Source: a virus
Length of the DNA: 64,000 bases
IMG/VR virus record: IMGVR_UViG_3300025849_000010
Location: 1 to 64,000 of that record
Direction: 5' to 3' (one strand)
The position numbers and the translations under genes are program-made. Of the stretch, positions 17,522 to 27,624 are shown in pieces. Below the pieces are notes generated by a model. It was not told where the DNA came from. It was given only the letters and a program-made list of their open reading frames with translations, and searched no databases. Positions within the stretch are counted from its first letter, which is position 1; each line of letters begins with the position of its first letter.

Positions 17522-17996
17522 CTTCTATACGCACAGGCAATATACTTCTGCCTTGTATTATGTCATCAATTGCATTACATATTTGATCGTCCGTAACGCT
17601 AGGTATTATTCCAGCGCCGTAGTTTGAAATACTAACTAATGCACTATTGTCCATTTCATTATGCACGTATTCTAAGAACAATTTTTGCGAAATATACTCT
17701 GGAGTATTAAATGATTGCATTAAAGACCATTCAAATTGTGTTATTAAACTTGTAAAACTAATATTAATTTTCGCTTTACTACTTCCTAACATCACACCTT
17801 GTAAATAGCCTATATGAGCTAAGTTAATAAAAACATCACAGTCAGTAGTCATTTCATTGAGTCTGTGCATAGTATCAGTATTAGTTAGATCCCAATTGGT
17901 AGATCTTGATACTGCAACTACTTCGTGACTGTCTCTTAAATGCTCTAGTACAATTTTGCCGATAGGACTAGATGCGCCTGTTAAAACTATTTTCAT
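17490..17996 (-). CDS. Minimal short-chain dehydrogenase/reductase (Rossmann fold)
   Basis: IVLTGASSPIG, VFINLA and YISQK (YxxxK); only 168 aa. Confidence 0.7.
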   Translation of the reverse strand: MKIVLTGASSPIGKIVLEHLRDSHEVVAVSRSTNWDLTNTDTMHRLNEMTTDCDVFINLAHIGYLQGVMLGSSKAKINISFTSLITQFEWSLMQSFNTPEYISQKLFLEYVHNEMDNSALVSISNYGAGIIPSVTDDQICNAIDDIIQGRSILPVRIEVSNGIGDLSL

Positions 17997-17997
17997 C

Positions 17998-18543
17998 TTA
18001 TCCCCAAATGTTAAACAAGTACTTTGGCACTAATCCTGCATTTGCGCCAGCATGCCAGCTTGTGCGACTAGGCCATTTCCAAACAGCACCCTGTGGCTGG
18101 TTGTACAAACACTTATCGGCTACAATAATAGTATGCCCAGGTTCAGGCCCACTTACATGACAATGAAATCTTTGTAATTCCTTGCCAGCATTTAGTGTTG
18201 CTTCGTCGTCAGTGATATCCCAATGCCACGGTGCTACATCGCCCGGCAGCACACGACTTATCCAAGCATTAGTGTATTCTTTCATTCCAACAAATTGCAT
18301 AAATTGAAATATTATTTCTTCATCAAAATTCTTTCCTGGTAAAAACATATCCCAGGCTGCATTACCGCCTTCTGACTTTTGTTTGTAACCTGCGTTACGT
18401 AGAGGTCCAACTACTTCTTCAACACCTGGTACATCGTGCCCTACATCGTGTCGCGGGCCTACATACGCTGCTGTTTGGGATTCGATGCTTTTAATTAATT
18501 CTTGCCAATTTACAGTATTGCATATACCAATATACTCAGCCAT
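17998..18543 (-). CDS. 2OG-Fe(II) oxygenase
   Basis: PGDVAPWHWD...WHAGAN...K (HxD...H). Confidence 0.75.
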   Translation of the reverse strand: MAEYIGICNTVNWQELIKSIESQTAAYVGPRHDVGHDVPGVEEVVGPLRNAGYKQKSEGGNAAWDMFLPGKNFDEEIIFQFMQFVGMKEYTNAWISRVLPGDVAPWHWDITDDEATLNAGKELQRFHCHVSGPEPGHTIIVADKCLYNQPQGAVWKWPSRTSWHAGANAGLVPKYLFNIWG

Positions 18544-19090
18544 TTAAAAAATCCTCCGGCCAATAGTTTGTACTATTTTCAATTGTGTAATTGTATGTTG
18601 CTACACAATCAAGATGTCCATCTACAAACTTAAATCGCTCTTTATCATTAATAATATCACCTATCATTTCTTGAGGCACTATTGTAAATTTTGTTGTGCA
18701 TCCATACAAGTCTGATATTTTAATTTTTCCGTCTTGAATAAAAAATGTATGCGGATATATGTTTATTTTGTAGATACCTTCAGATTGTAAATCTGCTAAT
18801 ATATCACGTACTTGTTTTTTATAGTCTATATCTATATTTTTGTTTTCGTATAATACATGATTTAAATTATTGCTTTCATATTTGTAAACTATTAACATAC
18901 TACTAACGTCAACATCAATCATTTCGTAACAATAACTTTTGTGCTGTAGCTCTCGATGATATTGTAGTTCTCTATCAAACCAAAATCTATCTTTAAATTG
19001 TATATACATAGCATACTCGGAATACCTAGCTTCGTATAAATCGCTAACAGGACCTAGTACTCCGTTATGATATTTCTCAAGCAGCTTCAT
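18536..19090 (-). CDS. Protein-kinase-like fold protein with degenerate active site
   Basis: FDRELQY, GIYKINIYPHTFF, KIKISDLYG; paralogous to 15980-16684. Confidence 0.6.
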   Translation of the reverse strand: MKLLEKYHNGVLGPVSDLYEARYSEYAMYIQFKDRFWFDRELQYHRELQHKSYCYEMIDVDVSSMLIVYKYESNNLNHVLYENKNIDIDYKKQVRDILADLQSEGIYKINIYPHTFFIQDGKIKISDLYGCTTKFTIVPQEMIGDIINDKERFKFVDGHLDCVATYNYTIENSTNYWPEDFLNG

Positions 19091-19752
19091 AAAATTATCT
19101 CAATCGGTAATCCGCTAGACTGAACTAAATTTTCTAACTGTTGACTTTCATTTAACTCTATATCAAAACTAATATGCAACTCATTGTGCTTATTAAAGTT
19201 TGCAATTATTCCTGCTTTTATAGATTTATTAAACCATACACTAAATGTCTGATCAAAATTATATCGTAGTCTAGGAACCGGAGTTGCTTTAAGTGAAACA
19301 CTTAACGGATTTTCTAATTTATTAAACGGTAATAACTTACGTATCACTAATTGCTTGCGAGGATAATATCCAAAATTAACTGCACTGTGTAACCGTCCGG
19401 CATCCATTTCGTATACTATATTATCAGTTCTAGTATCATGCAGTTGTCCATTTGTAAGATCAACAAGATAACTCTCAACACCATCTAATGATAAGTGATA
19501 CCTATCATCTAAATCTGCATGTTGCTGGTATGCTCTGCCTTCTTCAAGTACATTTACACGCACTTGCCCAGGAGATTCAAGCTGATTAAAAAGTACTTCT
19601 AATTCAGTACCTTTATATTCTTCATTTAATACCCAAGGGTCATAAAAAAATCTACCTGTTGGTCGTGACAGATCATGCTTGCCTGTATCTAAATCAAGCA
19701 CAAGTTCTAGAATCTTTTTTGAGTCAGCTATTATACCTGTTTTTCTTAACAT
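19087..19752 (-). CDS. Aspartyl/asparaginyl beta-hydroxylase-like 2OG-Fe(II) oxygenase
   Basis: HADLDDRYH...LHSAVNFG...RKQLV. Confidence 0.75.
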   Translation of the reverse strand: MLRKTGIIADSKKILELVLDLDTGKHDLSRPTGRFFYDPWVLNEEYKGTELEVLFNQLESPGQVRVNVLEEGRAYQQHADLDDRYHLSLDGVESYLVDLTNGQLHDTRTDNIVYEMDAGRLHSAVNFGYYPRKQLVIRKLLPFNKLENPLSVSLKATPVPRLRYNFDQTFSVWFNKSIKAGIIANFNKHNELHISFDIELNESQQLENLVQSSGLPIEIIL

Positions 19753-19806
19753 ACAAATACTTATCGCTTCTGATAAACTGCTAGTTTAATTACGGTAAAT
19801 ATTGAT
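19753..19806. promoter_or_regulatory. Divergent late-type promoters, both apparently leaderless
   Basis: Minus ATAAGTA (19764-19758) + 5 nt + ATG 19752; plus GTAAATA (19795-19801) + 5 nt + ATG 19807; no SD on either side. Confidence 0.65.
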
Positions 19807-21075
19807 ATGAAAACAAACTCTTGTACATTTTGTATGCACCCCTTTACAGGAATGGCAACTCGTGAAGATGGCGCTATTAAGGTATGTTGTCGTAGTCAGC
19901 CAGTTGGCTTTATTCAAAACGAAAGTTTGGAAGAAGCATGGAACAACGATACAATGCGTGAAGTACGTAGACAAGTACTTAATAACGAACGACCTGACGT
20001 GTGCAAACCTTGCTTTGACTTAGAAGACCAGGGTGTACAGAGCTTACGACAGCGTCATACAGCAGGGGTAATACCCGAAGCTAGGGTCAACTTGTACCCT
20101 GATGCACTAGACGCTTTAAACGACGATTATACAATGCCATTTGAGTTTCCGACTATGGAGATTAAACTAAACAACTTGTGCAATCTAAAATGTCGTATGT
20201 GCAACCCACTGGATAGTACTAGCTGGAAGGACTGGGACGTTGTTACAGAGTTTTACAAAAAAGAAGATAACTATCTTATTCCAACTATTGAAGGCCTTGT
20301 AGATAAGCCTGGGCAATATATTGGCCCATTTGATAACAGCGACAATTGGTGGGAATCATTTGAAAAACTGCTACCGTTCTTTAGACGAGTAGAGTTTGCA
20401 GGCGGCGAGCCGCTGATGGATCCGTATCATTACAAGATACTAGACAAGCTAGCACAATATGGCAATCAAATAGAATTAAAATATGCAACAAATGGAACTA
20501 CGCTAGGCATTAAAGGTGGTCGTACTATACACGACTACTGGCCTAAGTTTAAATCAATTGCTGTGAATGTAAGCATAGACGGCATACACGATGTTTATGA
20601 ATACATTAGAGGCAATGGTAAATTTAGTGAGATTGAAGAAAACATCAAAGTGTTTAAGAGTTTTCCTAATGTAACTAGAGTAGTTGGTGCATTTACTGTA
20701 CAAGCAAATAACATAATGCAAATTGACAAAGTTATTGATTACTTTATTAACAAGCTAGGTATTATATTTTATTCGCATCGTGTAAACTACCCTATGGCGC
20801 TATCTGCACAAGTACTACCTCCTAAATTAAAGCAACGAGTAGTACGCAATCTTGAAATGATGAAAGCAGACATACTAGACTATCCTCTAGTACGTGAACA
20901 CAAATTGTTAGAACAAGTTACTCTGCAACAGATACAGGACAATATTAACTTCTTAGAAGCAAAATGTATGTACGATACACATTGGAAAGACTGTGTAGAG
21001 TTTAATCGCAGACTAGATGCGACTCGCGGGCAAGACTTTCTTGCAACTAATCCGGAATTCATATCATATGTATAA
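19807..21075 (+). CDS. Radical SAM enzyme with N-terminal Twitch-like Fe-S domain
   Basis: N-terminal FCMHPF...VCC...CKPC; CNLKCRMC; AGGEP; TNG. Confidence 0.9.
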   Translation: MKTNSCTFCMHPFTGMATREDGAIKVCCRSQPVGFIQNESLEEAWNNDTMREVRRQVLNNERPDVCKPCFDLEDQGVQSLRQRHTAGVIPEARVNLYPDALDALNDDYTMPFEFPTMEIKLNNLCNLKCRMCNPLDSTSWKDWDVVTEFYKKEDNYLIPTIEGLVDKPGQYIGPFDNSDNWWESFEKLLPFFRRVEFAGGEPLMDPYHYKILDKLAQYGNQIELKYATNGTTLGIKGGRTIHDYWPKFKSIAVNVSIDGIHDVYEYIRGNGKFSEIEENIKVFKSFPNVTRVVGAFTVQANNIMQIDKVIDYFINKLGIIFYSHRVNYPMALSAQVLPPKLKQRVVRNLEMMKADILDYPLVREHKLLEQVTLQQIQDNINFLEAKCMYDTHWKDCVEFNRRLDATRGQDFLATNPEFISYV

Positions 21076-21979
21076 AGTAGAAAGTCGATGGGATCATAAA
21101 GATAGTATACACGTTGAATGGAATATCGGTAAACGATGTAATCTAGACTGTACATACTGTCCAAGCGAAATACACGATAACTTTAGTAAACACACTAATA
21201 TAAAAGTAATGCTAGATACAATCGATGCATTATACGAATTAGATCGTCCGGTACGACTTAGCTTCACAGGCGGCGAGCCATGTGTACATCCTCATATATT
21301 GGAAATTGTAGAGCATGCTGTACAAAGGCTTGATTGGGTTAATATTACAACCAACGGAACACTGCCACATAAACTGTATTCTAGACTGCCTGTAAACCAT
21401 TATGTGTTTAGCTTGCATGTAGAAGATGACGACAACTGGGAACGCTGTCTAAACAATGTGCTATACTGGGTCCAACTAAACGAGATGGAAAGAGGTATAC
21501 CATTTCAAGTTAATCTAATGGCACATCACGAACATATGGATAGAGTAAAAACTTGTGCAACGTTGTTTGACGGACATCATGTTCCTTATGTAGTAAGACG
21601 GATACGTTGGACTGAAAAACATGATTGGTTTGACGATATGAAATATAATGAAAAGGATCTACAATGGATACTTGATCAGAAGTCAACTGCAAAACCAAAC
21701 TGTGTAATAGACAACGAAGAGCTTGCACACGCTAACGATATTATTAAAGAGCAACGTAATCAATTTGAAGGATGGCGCTGTGCTGCTGGTATTCAAAGTT
21801 TAATGATTAACTGGGATGGCGATGTACATCGTGCTACTTGCAGAGTAGGTGGCAGTTTAGGTAACATTTATGACGGAAGTTTTGAAGCACCAGAAGAATG
21901 GATTACTTGTACACGCAAATGGTGTACTTGTGCTGCTGATATACCGCTAACAAAAGGACTAGTAAATGATAACGACTAG
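21068..21979 (+). CDS. Radical SAM enzyme with C-terminal SPASM/Twitch-like domain
   Basis: CNLDCTYC, TGGEP, TTNG; WRCAAG...ATC...CTRKWCTC; start at ATG 21068. Confidence 0.9.
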   Translation: MYKVESRWDHKDSIHVEWNIGKRCNLDCTYCPSEIHDNFSKHTNIKVMLDTIDALYELDRPVRLSFTGGEPCVHPHILEIVEHAVQRLDWVNITTNGTLPHKLYSRLPVNHYVFSLHVEDDDNWERCLNNVLYWVQLNEMERGIPFQVNLMAHHEHMDRVKTCATLFDGHHVPYVVRRIRWTEKHDWFDDMKYNEKDLQWILDQKSTAKPNCVIDNEELAHANDIIKEQRNQFEGWRCAAGIQSLMINWDGDVHRATCRVGGSLGNIYDGSFEAPEEWITCTRKWCTCAADIPLTKGLVNDND

Positions 21980-23027
21980 TGCTTTAAATTTAACAGGCCC
22001 AGAACGCTTAATGGTTACTTGGGACACTGGACGCAGATGTAACTTTGATTGTAGCTATTGTGAAATAAGTCGTCATGATAATAAAAGCTCTCCACACAGT
22101 TACGAAGAAATGTTGCGTACATTTGAGTTTGTAAAAGAATATACTAGCATATACACTGATCTAGTTAACATAAACTTTACAGGCGGAGAGCCCACAGTTA
22201 ATCCTGCGTTTTGGCAACTAGCAGAACATATTAAAAATACTGAAACACGTTTTAGACTTAGCTTAACTACAAACGGTGCCTGGCATCCTCGCAACACTGA
22301 TCGCATAGCAGAGATATTTGAAGGCGTTACTGTAAGTTATCATACAGAAGGTCATGCTAAACTAAAACAACAAACACTAGACAACATCAAACTGTTGCAT
22401 GCCAAAGGGTTGTGGCTGCAAGTAAATGTAATGCTGCACACAAACAACTGGTCCGAAGGTGTAGCAGTATGCGAAGAACTAAAAGTATTAGGAATTAAAC
22501 ACAATCCTCGACCTATCGGAGATGGCAATGTAGAACGCAAGGGTTGGTTCACTGACACAGATGGAAGTCAGCGCAGGACAACACACGACTATACCGACGA
22601 ACAACAAGATTGGTTTTATAGTTACACTAATGTTGCAAAGCCTAGTGAAGGAACAAAGGCAGGAACAGAATTAGGACGTAAATGTTGTGGTGGACGTTGT
22701 TTGCAGGGCAAAGTAAACGGCAAGTGGCAAGAAGTTGAACTAGTCGATACACATTTTAAAGGATGGTTTTGCAGCGTCAACAAGTACTTCTTACACATCG
22801 ATCAACACACGGGCAATGTGTATCACCATCAAACGTGTAAAGCACTACACGACGGCGATAGAGGCCCTGTAGGCACCCTTAAAGACATAGATGCTATACT
22901 TGCTTATGCTAGATTCAACAAAGACAGGACTATTATTTGTCCTAATGAACGTTGTGGTTGCGGAATGTGTGTGCCCAAGGCACGAGAACTAGCCGACTAT
23001 ACAGCTATACTCGCTAAAAACATCTAA
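21966..23027 (+). CDS. Radical SAM enzyme with C-terminal SPASM-like domain
   Basis: CNFDCSYC, TGGEP; CCGGRC, WFCSV, CPNERCGCGMC. Confidence 0.9.
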   Translation: MITTSALNLTGPERLMVTWDTGRRCNFDCSYCEISRHDNKSSPHSYEEMLRTFEFVKEYTSIYTDLVNINFTGGEPTVNPAFWQLAEHIKNTETRFRLSLTTNGAWHPRNTDRIAEIFEGVTVSYHTEGHAKLKQQTLDNIKLLHAKGLWLQVNVMLHTNNWSEGVAVCEELKVLGIKHNPRPIGDGNVERKGWFTDTDGSQRRTTHDYTDEQQDWFYSYTNVAKPSEGTKAGTELGRKCCGGRCLQGKVNGKWQEVELVDTHFKGWFCSVNKYFLHIDQHTGNVYHHQTCKALHDGDRGPVGTLKDIDAILAYARFNKDRTIICPNERCGCGMCVPKARELADYTAILAKNI

Positions 23028-24233
23028 AAATTTCTTACTACGGCGTATGTCGTATTCTTTGATAAATGATTTGAAGTCATCTAATTGTGTTTCATTAGGC
23101 TCTTTATTAAATTCAGAAATTACAAAATCAAAACGTTGAACTGTTTCGTTATTAAAATGTTTTTTAAGTTTTGTACGAGATTGCAATAGGATATAATGCC
23201 AAGACTTAGGTGCCAGGGATACATGCATAAAGCTAGGATGTCTAACATAACTTATACTCAATTTTACACGCTTATATTTTTTCTTAAGATCAACAATATC
23301 ATCAACAAAACTATCAAAGCTAGTAATACTCAATACATTGTACGCACACATTAAACTTAACTTTAATTTAGGAAGTTCAGTTAATACATAATTACAGTTT
23401 TCAATCCACTGTGCGTAGTTTAAACCGTCACGAACATACTCAGCTTTTGCTCCATAGCTTTCTCCACTAGTTGCTATTTCGATACGCTTTACACAATGTT
23501 GAACCTTTTCTAACTGTGAAATAAAATCTGCAATAACATGCTTCGGTGCACCTAGATTACTATTGATTACTAGGGTAAGTTTTTTATTAGGATTTTCTAT
23601 AATGTAATTGAGCAACTTTTTTGTATGCCGACTAAGCATAGGTTCGCCACCTGTAATACGTAAGGTGTGCAATCCATAATACATTATCGGCAGGTATTTC
23701 CAAAATGCATCAATATATGGATTAGATTCTCTATCTAGTATTTGTTTTTCGTATATGTCGTTATAGTTCTGTGATGTAGGATATGCACCGTTGTTTTCTA
23801 TTTCACTTGCCCATAAACTGCTAAACTGCGGGCCGCAGTATGCACATTTAAAGTTGCAAACATTTGAAAAACTAACTTCCAACATAGTAGGATCATATCT
23901 GTTACTAGAAATAATATCATTGTAGTACGGAAGACTGTCGAGCTTTTTACTCATTAGTACTCTGTCACTATACTTTTCTGTTTCTTCTATGCTCCAACAG
24001 TAATCGCACTCTGATGGCTTTTCGTTATTAAGCATTTGATCTCTAACACTACGTTTGTATGAACTATTATGTAATGCACTAGGATCTGCTTTAACTTCTT
24101 CAACAGGAACAGTATGCGGATTAGGATGATGACAACTGTGATTCTTTCCTATGCCTAAATGCATTGTGCTGTTGGTCCACTTTGCTAAACATAGACTTTC
24201 GCCTAGTTTATTTTTTACATACCAATTAAACAT
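22989..24233 (-). CDS. Radical SAM enzyme with N-terminal Twitch-like domain
   Basis: CLAKW...HSCHHP...CDYCW; CNFKCAYC; TGGEP. Confidence 0.9.
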   Translation of the reverse strand: MFNWYVKNKLGESLCLAKWTNSTMHLGIGKNHSCHHPNPHTVPVEEVKADPSALHNSSYKRSVRDQMLNNEKPSECDYCWSIEETEKYSDRVLMSKKLDSLPYYNDIISSNRYDPTMLEVSFSNVCNFKCAYCGPQFSSLWASEIENNGAYPTSQNYNDIYEKQILDRESNPYIDAFWKYLPIMYYGLHTLRITGGEPMLSRHTKKLLNYIIENPNKKLTLVINSNLGAPKHVIADFISQLEKVQHCVKRIEIATSGESYGAKAEYVRDGLNYAQWIENCNYVLTELPKLKLSLMCAYNVLSITSFDSFVDDIVDLKKKYKRVKLSISYVRHPSFMHVSLAPKSWHYILLQSRTKLKKHFNNETVQRFDFVISEFNKEPNETQLDDFKSFIKEYDIRRSKKFLDVFSEYSCIVG

Positions 24234-25269
24234 ACTTCAACATAATCCTATCATAGTCTTCTTTATGCTTTGCCTTGGGCGCACATATGCCGCACCAACA
24301 ACTTGACTTTTTACAAATGATTGTATTTGTTCCATCGGCTACTCGTTTTAGTATTGCCGCAGTGTCTTTTAAATTTCCGATAGGACCTACTTTGCCGTCC
24401 CAATTCATGCGACAATCTTTGTTAGTAAAAACTTCTCCAGTAGTTTGCCTAATATACAAAAACTGTTTATCAACACTACAATGCCAGCCTTTAAATTTAT
24501 TTTCAACTCGCTTAGTGCATGCTGTTTGATTTGTACACATTTCTAAGCCGCCGCAACATTCTCTGCTGCTTGCTGATAAATCAAACCCGCCTGTAACAAC
24601 TGCTTTTGCTATTTGTAAAACAGACGCAGGGGCAGAACCAGTAATATATTCTATTTGTTCTTTTGAATAATTAAATCTAAAGTCAGTCCAATGATGATCA
24701 ATTTGTCGTATATTATATTTTACATCGTTTTCCTTACACCAGTTAACCATGCTTTCGCAAGTGTCCCAGTACTTGGGATGCATTAGTATTGATACGTGAA
24801 ACTGTTTACCTAATTCTTTTATATACAAAATATTTTTACGCACTTGATCTTGTTGAGTGTACGAAGATTCTGAATGAAAACTAATTGTAAAGAAATTAAT
24901 AAACGGAACAAGACGGTGCCATACTTTATCTTTTACAACTGCATTAGTAATCGTATTGATATACAACTTCCAATCAACAGTGGTAGCAGCACGGTTGGCA
25001 TATCGTAGTATTTCAATTATTTTAGGATGTACTAAACTTTCGCCGCCTTGTATGTTGAGACTTGCTTCTTTATTTTTTCGTGTTTTCATAATCTGCGAAA
25101 CATAATTTACGATAAAGTCTACAGTGTCTAAACTTTCTGCTAACGGAGGATGCGGTTGTTTGTTATCATGCCCGTCGCCGCAGTAGCTACAATCAAGATT
25201 ACATTTAAGTGTACTCTCCCATGCAATTTGAAATACTTGCGGATTGATTGGTTCAAGGGTATCAAACAT
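24226..25269 (-). CDS. Radical SAM enzyme with C-terminal SPASM-like domain
   Basis: CNLDCSYC, QGGES; CCGGLEMC, WHCSV, CKKSSCWCGIC; paralog of 21966-23027; start 25269 after AAGGA. Confidence 0.88.
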   Translation of the reverse strand: MFDTLEPINPQVFQIAWESTLKCNLDCSYCGDGHDNKQPHPPLAESLDTVDFIVNYVSQIMKTRKNKEASLNIQGGESLVHPKIIEILRYANRAATTVDWKLYINTITNAVVKDKVWHRLVPFINFFTISFHSESSYTQQDQVRKNILYIKELGKQFHVSILMHPKYWDTCESMVNWCKENDVKYNIRQIDHHWTDFRFNYSKEQIEYITGSAPASVLQIAKAVVTGGFDLSASSRECCGGLEMCTNQTACTKRVENKFKGWHCSVDKQFLYIRQTTGEVFTNKDCRMNWDGKVGPIGNLKDTAAILKRVADGTNTIICKKSSCWCGICAPKAKHKEDYDRIMLKYV

Positions 25270-26239
25270 ATTGTTTCCTTTTATTGCATACAGTTTCTTC
25301 ATTACACCCGCATACTTGCTTTGTGCAGATTACTGGACCTATAGTTGGCATGAATGTTTTTCTAAAGTCTACGTGATTAAAATTATGTATAGTACTATCG
25401 TTGTATAATGTTTGCTGACAGTTTCCTGTTATGTTGCCATTAGGAAATATTTTAATAAAATCTACACCTATGTTACATTCCCAATCTTTAAAGTAATTTA
25501 AGTTATTTCGTGTTAACCAACTATCACTATTAGTAGTCACAACTTCGTTATTATCGTAAGTTATAGTAACTTCTCGACGTTCTTTATGAGATACTGAATG
25601 GTACCAGTCTAAGGGCGGGTATTGTTTGATGCTTTCATCAAAGTATTCTAACTGTTGATCAGTATATCTATGCAATCCGTTAAAGTGAACTACTTTTGCA
25701 ATAATTGGCCATTTGTGTGCAGCAAACTTTTTTAAATATTCTACAATGTCTACACATTGTTCGTATGCATCAGGATCCATTAACACATCTGCAGATACTA
25801 GAACATTATTTTCATAAAGTATATTGCAGACTTCTATGATATGATCTAACTTTGCAAATTCTCTATGTACACTAATACCTACATGATCAAAATACCTAGC
25901 GTTTTCTTTCCACCATTCTAAACTTCGACTGCCGTTAGAACTAATTTCAATAGTTGAGCTAAAGTTATCTTTTAAAAACTTACATAATACCGGCAACTCT
26001 TTCCATACTGTAGGCTCTCCTCCTACAATGAATATGTCGCTTTTAGTTTTTCCGTGAAGTTTGTAATGTGTTAGTAAATGTTCAAAATTATCTATTACTT
26101 GTATGACATCAGGCCAAGGATAATCACCTTCATTGCTGCCAGGGAAGCAATAATGACATTTATGATTGCAAAAATTACCTGGCATATACTCTATGCGTAA
26201 TGTATCAGTTGGTTGATTATTTTTAATCTCCTTTATCAT
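25262..26239 (-). CDS. Radical SAM enzyme with C-terminal SPASM/Twitch-like domain
   Basis: CNHKCHYC, VGGEP, SSNG; WECNIG...GNC...CTKQVCGC. Confidence 0.9.
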   Translation of the reverse strand: MIKEIKNNQPTDTLRIEYMPGNFCNHKCHYCFPGSNEGDYPWPDVIQVIDNFEHLLTHYKLHGKTKSDIFIVGGEPTVWKELPVLCKFLKDNFSSTIEISSNGSRSLEWWKENARYFDHVGISVHREFAKLDHIIEVCNILYENNVLVSADVLMDPDAYEQCVDIVEYLKKFAAHKWPIIAKVVHFNGLHRYTDQQLEYFDESIKQYPPLDWYHSVSHKERREVTITYDNNEVVTTNSDSWLTRNNLNYFKDWECNIGVDFIKIFPNGNITGNCQQTLYNDSTIHNFNHVDFRKTFMPTIGPVICTKQVCGCNEETVCNKRKQYV

Positions 26240-27624
26240 AACAAGTGCGCTAACTCCGGAAATACTGTTGCTGCATTTAAGTTACGAATTTTATCTAGTT
26301 TGTTAGTATACTCTTTGAAGCCTGGCAGTAAGTGACTGTTGTCTTGTGCATCCATGTGTTTAAGAACTGCTTCCCAGCGTTTCCATCCATACGGATTATG
26401 TTTCCAAAAATCATCATCTTGTCTGTAGTTGTTCCACAGCCAATCTTTGAAGTCCATAAAGCGTTCACGAACTTCTTGTTTGTCTTCTTTAGGTAAAATC
26501 TGTATGCTTAAAAATGTAGGAATGTATAATAGGTGCATATTAACTAAACCACCGCCCATCTGTACACCGCCCGGAACAGTTCCGCTGTTTAACTTTTTAA
26601 ATCCGCTTTCTAATTTCCACTTCATAAAGTCAGGCAAATGTTTTACGTTGAATATTTGTATTGCCGTTGCTAAACTAGTTTGTATATTGTCCGGAGTGTT
26701 GTCTAGCATATGTAAAGTTTTTTCTACCGTTGTCCAGTCTGTAGGATAACGTATATACTCGTCACGTTCGTGACTTGCATCCATGCTTACTGCAAACTTA
26801 ACTTTTTTAAACTTGCTCCACATCTCAACAAGATCGTCATCTACAAGCAAACCATTTGAGTTGTAACGCAGTAATATTTTATCTTGATACCCTTGACGCA
26901 GTATTTCCTCAATAAACATTTTATGTTCTTTAATCATTAGAGGCTCGCCTCCAGCAAAGTACACTTGTCTTAGATTAGGAATCTGAGCATACAACTCTTC
27001 CCAAAATGAATCCTTTTCGTGCCATTTATTATTAAATTCTTTTCGGTCCCATTGCATTTGTCTTTTGACTTCAGGGTCTTGTAGTACAGGAATTAGTTTC
27101 TTATGATCAGCAACCCATTTACTTGAATCATGTGGGCTACACATTACGCATTTAATATTACAAGTGTGTCCTAGCCGCAAATCTAAATATTTTAAATCTT
27201 CTGGTACTGTGCCATCTTCTTTTGTTTGGCGAATGAGTTCAGGAATATCTACACCATTGTCGTCTTGATGCCATGTTCCTGTTTCCCAGACACGCTTACT
27301 TACAATACCCTGTTTTTCTTCTTGAAAACATTTTGTGCAACTTGCAGGTATCTCGCCGTTAAGCATAGTTGTACGTACACTTTTCATATAATCGTTATTC
27401 CATGCTTCCATAGGAGTTTCACGACCGAAGTTAGCTGCTTTACCGTTTTCCATTTTGACAAGGCCAACAGTATGGTCCCCTCCTGCGCCGCTTGCATTAG
27501 CACTACAACATAGTCGCATGTCGCCATTAGGACGAGTGGCAAAGTGTATCCACGGTAATACGCAGAATGTAGGTGTACCAGCTACTTGTTCTATTTGAGC
27601 TTGATACTTTTTTAAATCAGACAT
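26236..27624 (-). CDS. Radical SAM enzyme with N-terminal Twitch-like domain
   Basis: FCVLPW...LCC...CTKC; CNIKCVMC; AGGEP. Confidence 0.9.
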   Translation of the reverse strand: MSDLKKYQAQIEQVAGTPTFCVLPWIHFATRPNGDMRLCCSANASGAGGDHTVGLVKMENGKAANFGRETPMEAWNNDYMKSVRTTMLNGEIPASCTKCFQEEKQGIVSKRVWETGTWHQDDNGVDIPELIRQTKEDGTVPEDLKYLDLRLGHTCNIKCVMCSPHDSSKWVADHKKLIPVLQDPEVKRQMQWDRKEFNNKWHEKDSFWEELYAQIPNLRQVYFAGGEPLMIKEHKMFIEEILRQGYQDKILLRYNSNGLLVDDDLVEMWSKFKKVKFAVSMDASHERDEYIRYPTDWTTVEKTLHMLDNTPDNIQTSLATAIQIFNVKHLPDFMKWKLESGFKKLNSGTVPGGVQMGGGLVNMHLLYIPTFLSIQILPKEDKQEVRERFMDFKDWLWNNYRQDDDFWKHNPYGWKRWEAVLKHMDAQDNSHLLPGFKEYTNKLDKIRNLNAATVFPELAHLL

